43,000 nt of DNA, taken from the sequence record SRR31156797_21105. One strand, given 5' to 3'. The notes under the pieces are model-generated. The model was not told where the DNA came from. It saw nothing but the letters and a program-made list of their open reading frames with translations, and searched no databases. A program made the translations under genes and the position numbers. Below, piece after piece: positions 27,449-38,269 of this stretch (position 1 is its first letter; every line of letters begins with the position of its first letter).

Positions 27449-28423
27449 ATGGCGACTATACTTCAGGTTCAGGATTTAAAAAAATACTTTAAAACATCCA
27501 GTGGTATGCTGCATGCGGTTGATGGAATTAACTTCAGCATAGAAGAAGGTCAGACGCTCGGCGTCGTTGGTGAATCAGGCTGTGGTAAATCAACATTGGG
27601 ACGTGTGGTTATCCGTCTTTTAGATGCGACTGATGGCAAGGTTTTCTTTGAAGGTAAGGATATATTGTCACAAAAGCGTTCCAATAATTTATACAAAAAA
27701 ATGCAGATGATATTTCAGGATCCCTTTGCTTCGCTTAACCCTCGTATGTCGGTAAGTGAAATAATTGCTGAGCCTCTAAATGTGCATAAGATTTACAAGA
27801 GCAGGCATGACCGTGAAAAGCGTGTTAATGAGCTGATGAATACAGTTGGATTAGCGAGACGTTTTGTTAATACGTATCCACATGAGATGGACGGTGGAAG
27901 GAGACAACGCATAGGTATTGCCCGTGCTCTAGCACTAAATCCACGGTTCATTATATGTGATGAACCAGTTTCTGCGCTGGATGTTTCTATACAGGCTCAA
28001 ATCCTGAATTTGTTACAGGACATTCAGGAAGAAATGGGTTTTACATATATGTTTATTACACATGATTTGTCGGTTGTTAAGCATATTTCAGATAATATCA
28101 TGGTTATGTACCTTGGACAAGCAGTCGAAAAATGCACATCTGACGAATTATTTGAAAAGCCGCTGCATCCTTATACAAAGGCTCTTTTGTCTGCAATTCC
28201 AGAGCCAGTGGTAAATAAAGAAAGTAAACGTACTTTACTGCGTGGTGAGATTGTTTCTCCTATTAATCCAAAGCCTGGATGTAGATTTGCGGCCCGCTGT
28301 CCCTATGCTAAGGATATTTGTAATAATGAAGCACCAGAACTAGAGCAGGTTTTGCCGGGGCATTTTGTGGCATGTCATCGTGTTTGTGATATTAACGATA
28401 CGTTGCTTTTTAAAAATAAATGA
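27449..28423 (+). CDS. Opp/Dpp ABC ATPase (DppF-like)
   Basis: [43 protein letters not shown]. Confidence 0.95.
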   Translation: MATILQVQDLKKYFKTSSGMLHAVDGINFSIEEGQTLGVVGESGCGKSTLGRVVIRLLDATDGKVFFEGKDILSQKRSNNLYKKMQMIFQDPFASLNPRMSVSEIIAEPLNVHKIYKSRHDREKRVNELMNTVGLARRFVNTYPHEMDGGRRQRIGIARALALNPRFIICDEPVSALDVSIQAQILNLLQDIQEEMGFTYMFITHDLSVVKHISDNIMVMYLGQAVEKCTSDELFEKPLHPYTKALLSAIPEPVVNKESKRTLLRGEIVSPINPKPGCRFAARCPYAKDICNNEAPELEQVLPGHFVACHRVCDINDTLLFKNK

Positions 28424-28439
28424 AGTGGGAGGAAGCGAT

Positions 28440-29816
28440 ATGAATGGAACGATTCTTGAAAATCTAGCAGAGTATGCTTCTACACTTGAGTTCGAAGATC
28501 TTCCTACAGAAGTAGTTAGCAGGGCCAATGACTGCTTTTATGATTTGGTTGGATGCTATTTCGCAGCTTTATCTCGGGAAGAGAACAGTCAACTTGTACA
28601 TAAAGTCATGATGCTAAATCCTAAACCGGAAGTCACCGTATGGGGAATGGATAAGAAGTGTGGCATTGCAGAGGCTGCACTTGCAATTGGGACGTTAAGC
28701 TATGATTTGGAGTATGATGATGGGGTATCATTAGGTGGACACTGGGGCAGTGCTTCCATCCCAGCAACATTCCTTTCAACTGAATTGCATGGCGGCGATG
28801 GTAAAAGACTGCTGACGGCTATTGTTGCAGCATACGAAACGGGTACGCGTATTAGTCGTATGTATTCTCCACGCTTGCTTAAAAAACACGTACACTTTCC
28901 ATGTTTAATGGGAGCTTTTGCAGCGACAGCTGGGTATTGTAACGCCTCTGGTGCCTCATCATCCGAACTTACAGGTGCACTGTCTCTTGCTGGCTTATAT
29001 CCAATTGGCACATATAGCACGGCAATATCCGGTGCACAAGGGAAAGGTTTGTATTCGGGCTGGCCAAATTTTTTGGGAATTAACACTATACGCCTGTCCA
29101 ATATGGGATTGTGTGGAGATCATGATGTAATGGAGAGCCCGGATGGCTTTGGAAATGTTTTTGGGCTTGGTAGTGCGGACGATACATGCAGGAGTGTAGC
29201 ACTAGACGGGCTTGGATCAAAATACTATATGATGCAAGTGTACTTTAAGCCGTATCCCTGCTGTCGATGGTTACATGCACCAATTCAAGCTGTACTTGGA
29301 CTTATGCAGAAATATAATCTGAAAAATGAGGAAATTGAGAAAATTCAAATATCGGGTCCTGAATTTATCATGATGTACAATAAGCAAGATGGATTTGATT
29401 CAAAGGTTACATGTCAGTACAGCATTCCATACTCTGTTGGGGCTGCAGCTTATTTCGGTGAGCTTGGTCTGAAGCAGTATGAGCTACAGGCAAGATGTAA
29501 TCCTAGAATTATTGAAATTGCTCGACGTGTTGAGGTTGGTGTAGATGATGAACTTCAACGTAATAATAAGAATTCTTTCACTGTTCGAGCTTCTATAGAG
29601 TGCATAGACGGTCGTGTTTTTGAGACTGAACAGGGTATGCCGTGGGGAGCAGAGTGTCCCCCAACCAAGCAGGAACTAATTCAGAAATTTAATAGCATAA
29701 CAGCAGATATTTTGTCAGTTCATGAACAGGAAGAATGGGCAGCGATATACCTCGGAGGTATGGAATGCCCGGGCGCATTTAAAAAAGCCTTGGCTCTGCT
29801 TGGGAAAAGAAGATAA
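28440..29816 (+). CDS. MmgE/PrpD family protein
   Basis: LEFEDLPTEVV, DLVGC, LEYDD..GH, AIVAAYE, FKPYPCCRWLH, QYSIPY, KF; GGAGG RBS before ATG 28440. Confidence 0.92.
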   Translation: MNGTILENLAEYASTLEFEDLPTEVVSRANDCFYDLVGCYFAALSREENSQLVHKVMMLNPKPEVTVWGMDKKCGIAEAALAIGTLSYDLEYDDGVSLGGHWGSASIPATFLSTELHGGDGKRLLTAIVAAYETGTRISRMYSPRLLKKHVHFPCLMGAFAATAGYCNASGASSSELTGALSLAGLYPIGTYSTAISGAQGKGLYSGWPNFLGINTIRLSNMGLCGDHDVMESPDGFGNVFGLGSADDTCRSVALDGLGSKYYMMQVYFKPYPCCRWLHAPIQAVLGLMQKYNLKNEEIEKIQISGPEFIMMYNKQDGFDSKVTCQYSIPYSVGAAAYFGELGLKQYELQARCNPRIIEIARRVEVGVDDELQRNNKNSFTVRASIECIDGRVFETEQGMPWGAECPPTKQELIQKFNSITADILSVHEQEEWAAIYLGGMECPGAFKKALALLGKRR

Positions 29817-30095
29817 TGAACATACTTTGGCATTTTTGCCGAGTGTTTAATAACAATTGTTAGACCCATTTTGCAATAAATTATGCTTAATGTCGGAGGT
29901 TTGATATATTCAATTATTTAATCTGATATTTATGAAACCAAATAGTGTATAAGAATTGTAAAAGACTGATGTTTTGTTTGAGGAAAGATCCTCATATAGA
30001 GCATTTATTGCGACAGTGGTGAAATATTAAATTGTTGTAGTTTTAATCACCATCAATCAAATGATTATAAATACCACTAAAAGGAGAATTGAACC

Positions 30096-31388
30096 ATGAA
30101 TATAACTTCTAAGATGAGTGTATTAAATGGAGAAATAACTATACCTGGCTCAAAAAGCCATACTATTCGAGCTGTGCTGCTTGCTGCAATGTCTGAAGGC
30201 ATCTCGTGTATACATAATCCTTTAGAGAGCTTTGATTGTCAGAGTGCAATGACTGTGGCTTCAAGCTTTGGATGCGAAACACGTATGGAATCTGGTCTGT
30301 GGACTGTACATGGTCTCGGGAACAATCTTAAAGTACCTGAAAACTATGTAGATTGTAATAATTCAGGCAGTACTGCATATTTTGCATGCTCTATGGCTGC
30401 ACTTATTGATGGATATACTTTTATTACGGGAGACGATCAGATTCGACGTCGCCCCATCCAGAATGTTCTGGATGCAATCAACACTTTAGGCGGCAAGGCT
30501 TTTACAAGTCGACCAGGTGTGAATGCTTCACCTGCGATTATTCGTGGAAAAATGACAGGCGGAACAGTACATTTTAGAAAGAGTCTTTCACAGTTTGTTT
30601 CAAGCATCATGCTTTCAGCTCCACTGAGCATGGGAGACACTGAGATTATCAACGAAGAACCTATAGAAAAACCGTATCTTCAGATTACGATAGACTGGAT
30701 GCGACGCTATGGTATTGAGTTAGCCTATAACAGTGGTGATTATCGGCATTTCAAAATTAAGGGTAGGCAGGCTTACACAGCAACAGATAGTATTATTCCT
30801 GGTGATTGGTCTGGTGTGGCATTTCCTTTGGTTGCCGCACTAATTACAAACTCTGAAATTACTATCTTAGGCGTTGATTTTAATGACAGTCAAGGAGATA
30901 AAGCGGTTATTGACTATTTGATTTCGATGGGTGCGGATATTAAGAAGGATATTGAACGTGGACGATTACTGGTTAAGGGAGGAAATACTCTTAAAGGAGG
31001 GCTAGAGATTGACCTTTCTGACATACCTGACGCACTTCCAATTCTCACCATAGCAGCAGCATTTGCAAAAGGAAGCACTACGTTTAAAGGGCTTGGACAT
31101 GTTCGGCTTAAGGAAACGGATCGAGTAGCCGTTATGGCAGAAGAATTGGGAAAGATAGGTGCGGAAATAGTAGTTGGTCCGGATTATATGATTGTAAATG
31201 GCGGACGAGATATGACAGGTTCATATATCAAAAGTCACGGTGATCATCGTGTAGCTATGGCGATGACAGTATGCGGCTTGGCGTGTAAAGGTGAAATGAT
31301 TGTCGAAGGCGGAGAATGTGCAGCTGTGTCTTTTCCTTCATTCTTTAAAGTTATGAGAGCTCTTGGAGCAAATATTAGCGAACAATAA
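30096..31388 (+). CDS. aroA: EPSP synthase-family enolpyruvyl transferase
   Basis: PGSKSHTIRA, NSGST, RRPI, SQF, PGDWS, IPD, RLKETDR and GDHRVAM motifs; AAGGAG RBS. Confidence 0.88.
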   Translation: MNITSKMSVLNGEITIPGSKSHTIRAVLLAAMSEGISCIHNPLESFDCQSAMTVASSFGCETRMESGLWTVHGLGNNLKVPENYVDCNNSGSTAYFACSMAALIDGYTFITGDDQIRRRPIQNVLDAINTLGGKAFTSRPGVNASPAIIRGKMTGGTVHFRKSLSQFVSSIMLSAPLSMGDTEIINEEPIEKPYLQITIDWMRRYGIELAYNSGDYRHFKIKGRQAYTATDSIIPGDWSGVAFPLVAALITNSEITILGVDFNDSQGDKAVIDYLISMGADIKKDIERGRLLVKGGNTLKGGLEIDLSDIPDALPILTIAAAFAKGSTTFKGLGHVRLKETDRVAVMAEELGKIGAEIVVGPDYMIVNGGRDMTGSYIKSHGDHRVAMAMTVCGLACKGEMIVEGGECAAVSFPSFFKVMRALGANISEQ

Positions 31389-31881
31389 ATTAACTTATAT
31401 CGTGTACTTTGTTATAACAGTTACTTCTATTAAGAGAGTACAGTAATTATTTATTCAAGCTTAGATATAGCGTTTTCACTTGATTTATAATTGAACCAAT
31501 ATTAACCGGCTTAGTTACACAAAACAAGCCGGGTGTGTTTAAGTTACCTTTAGAACGTATTATTAGCCAAGTCTGGCTCGAGTAAAGTATTATAATTGAT
31601 TTTTTGAAATATTTGGAATTGACATAAATCTTTTGCTTTATTAAGGATTATCAGGGTTTTATTATACTAAGCTTTGTACTGGTAGGCTACCTTCTTAATT
31701 AAGAAAAGGATGATGGTGTGCATAATCAAAACCTAGTAAATAGGTTTGCATGTAGGTGTAAATAAAGGAATATCGATAGAAATATGGTAGTAATCATATG
31801 TCTAAGTGAAGGTATTGTTTTCTTGTTTTTTATCCACCTAAAAGTATTTATATATTACATTCAAATGAAAGTTGGTTCATA

Positions 31882-33294
31882 ATGGATTTTTTTCTTAAGA
31901 TAAAAAATAAACAACACGGAACTCCGGGGAGTAATGGTAAAAAATTATTGTGGTTAGTATTATCCATTATTATAGCACTTTTAATTTTTTTTATTAGACC
32001 TCTTGGAATGGATTGGAAACAGAGTGCAGTTATAGGCATTTTAATTATGATTATTATCTGGTGGTCTACAAATCTAGTAAGTAAGATTGTCTCCTCGGTA
32101 TTACTATTGGTTAGTTTTATTTTGCTTACACAAGCACCACTTACGAAGATATTCTCATTTCCGCTTTCCAACAGTTTTTTGCTAATTGCATTAACATACG
32201 TTTTTTCACGAGGTATCTCCAACTCTAAAATCGCAGAGAAGATTCTAGAGCCTCTTTTATCACGATTTGTGAATACTCCGTTTCGTGCTATGATAGCAAT
32301 GGTACTTATGTTCGCAATGACCATGTATATTATTCCACAACCATTAGCGCGATTGATTATATTAGCAAATATCTTTGAAGGTTTTCTTTCTAGAACCAAC
32401 GCTAAGGATGGTACTAAAGAGAAATTAATGTTCTCTGTCTTTGTAATATATATCTTTATCAACATGTGTACGCTGAAAGCTGATATTATTTTGAACACGT
32501 TGGCTGTACGTATGACGGAAATTAATTTTACAGACATCGACTGGATTAAATACATGGCTGTGCCATCCTTAATATATCTTGCTTTTGCAATCGGTTTTAT
32601 ACTTTTAATATTCCGTAATGATTTATGGCATGTACATTTTATGGTTCTTCAAGAGGAACAGGAGAATGCAGATTCCAGAAAAGTAGATCGTCGAGACATT
32701 ACTATGCTTTGTTTGCTTGCTATGACGGCTATTTTATGGATGACTGAATCGCTGCATGGAATTCCCGCATGGCTGGTAACTTTGATAAGTATTATAGTAA
32801 TGGCTGTATTAGGTGTACTTAAGCTGCGTGATATTGATTCTTTGGATGTTTCGATGCTGTTTTTCTTGACTGCAGCGATGTCAATCGGTGGTGTTATGAA
32901 AGCAAACGGTACAGCTGATTTAATATTCAACTATCTTGGTTTATTAATTCCCAACAGTTCACAAATAGTTGTTGTCACGGTTATAATGGTTATTACTATA
33001 TGTATGCATATGGTGCTTGGAAGTAATTCCACAACCATTTCGGTTGTTGTTCCGGGATTACTCGTCATGTGTTCAGGAATGTTGCCGGACGAAATTATTA
33101 TGTGTATTGTATATGTAACGTTAGCAACCCAGTGGTTATTTCCATTCCATTCTGTTGCTATGATGGTGGGAGTTTCAAGGGATAGCTTTCCTTCTCGTTA
33201 CATACTAAAAATGGGAATTCCAATGACAGTATTGGTGTTTGCTGCTATCTTCGGTCTGTATATTACATGGTGGCATCTGCTAGGCTTAATGTAA
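31882..33294 (+). CDS. SLC13/DASS-family anion (di/tricarboxylate) permease
   Basis: More than 10 hydrophobic helices; RPLGMDW..IIWW.T, LWMTESLHGI and FPFHS patterns. Confidence 0.8.
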   Translation: MDFFLKIKNKQHGTPGSNGKKLLWLVLSIIIALLIFFIRPLGMDWKQSAVIGILIMIIIWWSTNLVSKIVSSVLLLVSFILLTQAPLTKIFSFPLSNSFLLIALTYVFSRGISNSKIAEKILEPLLSRFVNTPFRAMIAMVLMFAMTMYIIPQPLARLIILANIFEGFLSRTNAKDGTKEKLMFSVFVIYIFINMCTLKADIILNTLAVRMTEINFTDIDWIKYMAVPSLIYLAFAIGFILLIFRNDLWHVHFMVLQEEQENADSRKVDRRDITMLCLLAMTAILWMTESLHGIPAWLVTLISIIVMAVLGVLKLRDIDSLDVSMLFFLTAAMSIGGVMKANGTADLIFNYLGLLIPNSSQIVVVTVIMVITICMHMVLGSNSTTISVVVPGLLVMCSGMLPDEIIMCIVYVTLATQWLFPFHSVAMMVGVSRDSFPSRYILKMGIPMTVLVFAAIFGLYITWWHLLGLM

Positions 33295-33340
33295 TAAGAA
33301 CGATTTCGGCTCAATACTGTAAAATTGGCTCAAAAAGAGT

Positions 33341-33394
33341 GCACTGTAAAACCACTTATTTCAAAAAAAATGAGTGGTTTTGCAGTGCTTTTTT
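33341..33394 (+). terminator. Strong Rho-independent terminator
   Basis: GCACTGTAAAACCACTTA / TGAGTGGTTTTGCAGTGC 18-bp stem plus T run. Confidence 0.8.
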
Positions 33395-33680
33395 AAAAGT
33401 CTTTATTTGACTATGCCATACTATTTCAATAGCAGTTGTTGTAGTAATAATTGTACGACAATTAGGAGCTAACAACCTGCTCATAAAAGTAATATTTCTT
33501 AAAGATTAACACAACTATTAAGAAATTTATATATTCTACATCAATATTATGTCTAATTGTTGCCAAAATGTAAATTATATGTTACATTTTAATATATGGA
33601 GTGTTACATATAATAACTATGATATGTAATAGGATAACGAAAGATACTAACAGGATAGAAGTAGATAATTAGGATATTAC

Positions 33681-34433
33681 ATGAATGAAATAAAAACCGA
33701 CCTGAAAAGAGCTTTATTTGACAAAGCTTCGTATATATCGATTGCGGTAACTATAGTAATCATCGCACTGGGAGTAGGCTTTAAAAGCTTATTTCCTAAA
33801 GGTGCTTTTGAGCATGGTGTAATGACATACTATCATGCAGAAATATTGTTTCAATCTCTATGTTCGGATGTAGTTCTGATGGCACTTCCTATAATCTGCA
33901 CTATTCCTTATACGACAGCATTCCTAGAGGAATACACCAGTGGATATATTAAGGTTTATTTAATGAAGTGCGATAAAATGCAATATATAAAAGGTAAAAT
34001 CATAGCACCAATGGTGTCAGGCGGATTTGTGTTTATCATTGGCATTTTATCGTTTTTCTTTATTACTAAATTGATGTATTCGCCTATGGAGATAGCAAGT
34101 GAATATGCAATCCCTCCATTTATGAAAGTATTGCAGATGTGCATACAATTCTTTTTTGCTGGAGCATTATGGTCAAGCGTAGGTGCACTATTTGCCAATA
34201 TATCATTGTCAAAATATATGGCATATGTTTCGCCCTTTGTATTTTTTTATGTACTGGTAATCCTGCAGGAAAGATATTTCATAAGTTTCTACTTCTTGAA
34301 TCCTAAAGAATGGTTAACCGTTGCGAATCCCTGGGTTCTGAATAAATGGGGAGCTATTATCCTTATGGCTTTGATTACTGTTGTAGTATGTGCAGTAAAT
34401 TTTAGTATTATCGAAAGGAAAATATCTGATTAA
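33681..34433 (+). CDS. ABC-2-like permease / membrane protein
   Basis: About 6 TM helices; PIICTIPYTTAFLEEYTSGY..YIKGK pattern; upstream of an ABC ATPase. Confidence 0.75.
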   Translation: MNEIKTDLKRALFDKASYISIAVTIVIIALGVGFKSLFPKGAFEHGVMTYYHAEILFQSLCSDVVLMALPIICTIPYTTAFLEEYTSGYIKVYLMKCDKMQYIKGKIIAPMVSGGFVFIIGILSFFFITKLMYSPMEIASEYAIPPFMKVLQMCIQFFFAGALWSSVGALFANISLSKYMAYVSPFVFFYVLVILQERYFISFYFLNPKEWLTVANPWVLNKWGAIILMALITVVVCAVNFSIIERKISD

Positions 34434-34509
34434 TGGTTGATTTGAGAATATACAGTAGTAATAGCAAACTCATATTAAATAAAATGTTATTTAAAAAGGA
34501 CAAAGCCTT

Positions 34510-35406
34510 ATGAAAGTACTAAACCAAATATGGGAAATATGCTTGTACAATTTCCGTAGCTGGAAGAAGAATCCGAAGATGTTTATTACTTTTGGTCTGG
34601 CTTTTATTCTGTGTTTTCTACTGACAGATAAGGCTGTAAAATTCAGCTACGAATACGAAACCATTATGCAGATGGCAGAACCATTTGTATGGACATTCGG
34701 GGACAGCAATTCCATTTTACTCGCTTCTTTATTGCTAATACTGTTGTTCTCGGATATGCCGTTTCTCGGTGTGGGTATCCCATATTACCTTATGAGAACC
34801 ACTCGCTTTAGGTGGATGTTAGGACAAGTACTCTATATAACACTGGCAACTTTTATCTATATGATGTTTATTTTAGTATCTAGTATTATCCTATGTGCAA
34901 GGAATGCATTCCCCGGCAACATGTGGTCAGAAACAGGTGCTATACTCGGATATTCACCTGCAGGTAAAGCAATAGCACTGCCATCTGCAGTAAAAACAAT
35001 GGAAATGAGTATCCCATATAAATGTATGATTACGATATTTATATTGATGCTCTTATATGTACTTGTCTGTGTGTTCATTATGTTTGTCACAAATCTGAAA
35101 AAAGGGAAATTCTGGGGGATTGTTAGCGTACTTGCCTTTAGTCTATATGGTTTTTTGTTGAACCCACAGATTTTTAAGCAGGCATTAAAGTTATCCGATG
35201 AACAGATGTATATAGCAAATGTAGCAACTGGCTGGGCATCGCCATTAAATCATGCAACATACCATATGCATAATTTCGGATACGATTTACTGCCAAGACT
35301 TTGGCATACATATATTTTCTATGGCGGTGTGATACTGATACTTTTTATATTGTCATACTTGTCTGTTAGAAAATATAATTTCAAATTTACCGGAGGTCTG
35401 GATTAA
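34510..35406 (+). CDS. ABC-2-like permease / membrane protein
   Basis: About 6 TM helices; EPFVWTF..LLFSDMPF..R..WMLGQ; 1-bp overlap with the ATPase gene. Confidence 0.75.
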   Translation: MKVLNQIWEICLYNFRSWKKNPKMFITFGLAFILCFLLTDKAVKFSYEYETIMQMAEPFVWTFGDSNSILLASLLLILLFSDMPFLGVGIPYYLMRTTRFRWMLGQVLYITLATFIYMMFILVSSIILCARNAFPGNMWSETGAILGYSPAGKAIALPSAVKTMEMSIPYKCMITIFILMLLYVLVCVFIMFVTNLKKGKFWGIVSVLAFSLYGFLLNPQIFKQALKLSDEQMYIANVATGWASPLNHATYHMHNFGYDLLPRLWHTYIFYGGVILILFILSYLSVRKYNFKFTGGLD

Positions 35407-36056
35407 TGAGCAGAAAAGATATTGCGATAAGCGTACAGAAAATATATAAATCATTTGGTGAAGAAGAAGTGCTCCACGGAATAACTCACGATTTTGAAGA
35501 GGGCTTAATACATGGAGTAGTAGGCAATAACGGCAGTGGTAAGACTGTACTGTTTAAATGTATATGCGGCTTTTTACATCCTACAAAAGGAAAAATATTT
35601 GTAGACTATCAGCAGGTGGGAAGCGATATGGACTTCCCTGAGGATATGGGGATAATTATTGAAACACCTGGCTTTCTGCCATATCAGACTGGAATGAAAA
35701 ACCTGCAGATATTAGCATCGCTGAGAAAGAAAATTGACAATCAGACAATAAGAGAAACTATTGAACGAGTTGGACTTGACCCAGATATGAAAAAGCCTGT
35801 ATCAAAGTATTCTTTGGGTATGCGGCAGCGTCTAGGCATAGCACAGGCTATTATGGAGGATCCGTTTATGCTAATACTTGACGAGCCATTTAACGGACTA
35901 GATAAACACGCAGTGCGGGATATGAGAGAGCTTATTTTGGAACTAAAGGAAAAGGGAAAAACTATACTACTTGCAAGCCATAATCAGGCAGATATAGATG
36001 AACTCTGTGATACTGTCTGCGAGATGGATGCTGGAGTATTGACGATAATCAGATAA
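35406..36056 (+). CDS. ABC exporter ATP-binding protein
   Basis: GNNGSGKT, YSLGMRQRLGIAQA, LDEPFNGLD, SH. Confidence 0.95.
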   Translation: MSRKDIAISVQKIYKSFGEEEVLHGITHDFEEGLIHGVVGNNGSGKTVLFKCICGFLHPTKGKIFVDYQQVGSDMDFPEDMGIIIETPGFLPYQTGMKNLQILASLRKKIDNQTIRETIERVGLDPDMKKPVSKYSLGMRQRLGIAQAIMEDPFMLILDEPFNGLDKHAVRDMRELILELKEKGKTILLASHNQADIDELCDTVCEMDAGVLTIIR

Positions 36057-36093
36057 TTTAACTAAAATAAACATTGAACGAAAGGTGAAAAGA

Positions 36094-37545
36094 ATGAAAA
36101 TAAAAACAAATAATATATTACTATTACTATTAATATTAGTGCTTTTAGCAGTACTATTAACAGCATGTCAACCAACACCAACGGAGGAAATTGTTGTTCA
36201 AAGAGATAATACTGAGAAAGAAGTCTTGGAGTCAGCACAGGAAGAAAGCAATGAAGAGGAGGAAATTGTTTTCGAATACACTACTCCAGAGCATGTGGAG
36301 GAAAGGTTTACGGTGTTTGAAGATACTATGGATGTTGTCATAGATGCAGATGTTATTATGCCTGATATTGACAATATTCCCGTTGCAAAGGTTACACAGG
36401 ACTTATTTACACAGGAAAGAGCAGATGAGCTGAGAGCATTTTTTATGACAGATGGCGAACTTGTTTCTGATTTTGTAATGACAAAGGCAGACTATGATGA
36501 GATGATTATTGAGGCAAGAAGAGGACATGAAGTAGATGGTGAAATGGTATATGACGAAGGCAGCGAACAGTGGGTGCAGCAGTTGTTAGAGGAAAGAGAA
36601 AAAGCACCTGATACTGATACTCCTACAGTTATTACAGACTATTCAATATCTAAAGAAGATGGTCTGCACGGAAGAGTAAGAGTAGATGGAGAGATAACAG
36701 GCTATTTAAGTATTCAGGAAGACATGTTTTTGTGGAGTACAGATAGCTTCTACAGGTCTTCTACCAGAGTGAGTTACAATGAGGAAACTGGTGAAGAGAT
36801 ACAAATGCCGCAAAAAGATATTGACTTTACTCTGGAAGAAGCTATAGAAATTGCACAGAATCTCTTTTCCCAGCTTGGAATTGAAGATATGCAAATAGCA
36901 GAATCAGATAAAGTATATTTTTTAGAAGATGACTACTACGGAGATATTAAATACGGTGGCTACTACATAACTTTTATGAGAGAGTTTGGAGGTTTGCTCC
37001 CAATCAGCATTAATGGCTGGAGCATGGGACCAGATGACAATTTCGATGTATCACCACCAGTTAGGAGTGAAAGCATTGATATCTGTATAGATGAATATGG
37101 TACTATAACTCAGTTTTATTGGCGAAATCCTGTTAAGATTGTAGAAATAATGACTGAGCATGTGGACATTCTACCATTTGAAGATATTTTGGATAGGTTA
37201 AGGCAAAGTGCGAAGCTGCAATATTCCTATATGAGTGAATACTCATCAGAAGTTTTAATGATTAAAGATATTTATGAAATTAGATTGGGATTAAATTATT
37301 TGCCTATTAAAAACAATTCAACCGAATTTATGTATGCACCATGCTGGTATTTCATCTATAAAGACTGGCAGGAATATACAGAAGAACAAGAAGAGGAAAT
37401 GGCAGAATGGGGATACTATCCGCATTGGGACGAAATGTCCGATGAGTATTTTATCTTTTCAGCTGTAGATGGTGCCACAGTATCATCATATACTTCAGAA
37501 GATTATGAAGAGATGATGAGATGGGAAGAAGAATATGAAGAATGA
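36094..37545 (+). CDS. Acidic lipoprotein, DUF6034-like
   Basis: Lipobox LLTAC followed by CQPTPTEEIVVQ; C-terminal EIRLG..P.WYF..FSAVDGA pattern; family name recalled from memory. Confidence 0.7.
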   Translation: MKIKTNNILLLLLILVLLAVLLTACQPTPTEEIVVQRDNTEKEVLESAQEESNEEEEIVFEYTTPEHVEERFTVFEDTMDVVIDADVIMPDIDNIPVAKVTQDLFTQERADELRAFFMTDGELVSDFVMTKADYDEMIIEARRGHEVDGEMVYDEGSEQWVQQLLEEREKAPDTDTPTVITDYSISKEDGLHGRVRVDGEITGYLSIQEDMFLWSTDSFYRSSTRVSYNEETGEEIQMPQKDIDFTLEEAIEIAQNLFSQLGIEDMQIAESDKVYFLEDDYYGDIKYGGYYITFMREFGGLLPISINGWSMGPDDNFDVSPPVRSESIDICIDEYGTITQFYWRNPVKIVEIMTEHVDILPFEDILDRLRQSAKLQYSYMSEYSSEVLMIKDIYEIRLGLNYLPIKNNSTEFMYAPCWYFIYKDWQEYTEEQEEEMAEWGYYPHWDEMSDEYFIFSAVDGATVSSYTSEDYEEMMRWEEEYEE

Positions 37546-38230
37546 GAGCAAGGATGACCCCTTTATTATTGCCCGTAATTTAACTAAAATATACAAAACT
37601 CAAAAAACCAGACTAAAGGCACTATCCGGTGTGAATTTAAGCGTGGAAAAAGGCGAGTTTGTTTCAATTGTAGGAACATCCGGAAGCGGAAAATCTACAT
37701 TGCTGTCATTATTAGCTGGTCTTGAGAAACCTAGTGCAGGAAGAATTATAATCAATGGCTATGGAATCCACAGACTTAGCGAAGAACAGCTGGTAAGATT
37801 CAGACTGGATAACACAGGGTTTGTATTTCAATCCTTTAATTTGTTTGAAGTTCTGACTGCACAGGAGAATGTTGCATTCCCTTTGATGGCACAAGGGATA
37901 GATAAGCATGATAGAATGGAGAGAGCACGAGAGCTGTTGATAGAGTATGGTTTAGGAGAACACCTTCACCATAAGCCAAATGAATTATCCGGCGGACAGC
38001 AGCAGCGTGTATCCATTGCAAGAGCGATAATTACAGAACCTGACATAATTTTTGCAGATGAACCAACAGGTAATCTGGACAGCCATACTGCAGACGTAAT
38101 TATTAACAGCCTGAAAAATATATGTAAGCATAAAGGAACTACCATACTTATGGTAACACATGATAATGAAAGAGCAAGATACGCTGACCGTATTATTGAG
38201 ATTACGGACGGTTACATAGAAGCATTGTAA
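37535..38230 (+). CDS. LolD/MacB-type ABC ATP-binding protein
   Basis: [42 protein letters not shown]. Confidence 0.95.
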   Translation: MKNESKDDPFIIARNLTKIYKTQKTRLKALSGVNLSVEKGEFVSIVGTSGSGKSTLLSLLAGLEKPSAGRIIINGYGIHRLSEEQLVRFRLDNTGFVFQSFNLFEVLTAQENVAFPLMAQGIDKHDRMERARELLIEYGLGEHLHHKPNELSGGQQQRVSIARAIITEPDIIFADEPTGNLDSHTADVIINSLKNICKHKGTTILMVTHDNERARYADRIIEITDGYIEAL

Positions 38231-38269
38231 GAAAAGAATGTTCACGGGGAGAAAGGTTAAGAGAGAGAA

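Noticed and set aside
28440-29816. Assigning prpD (2-methylcitrate dehydratase)
   Set aside because: No prpB/prpC context and the sequence is divergent; only the family-level call is supported.
33413-33472. 19-aa Cys/Ser/Thr-rich ORF MPYYFNSSCCSNNCTTIRS upstream of the ABC exporters (RiPP-like)
   Set aside because: No RBS, no leader peptide and no modification enzymes nearby; expected by chance.
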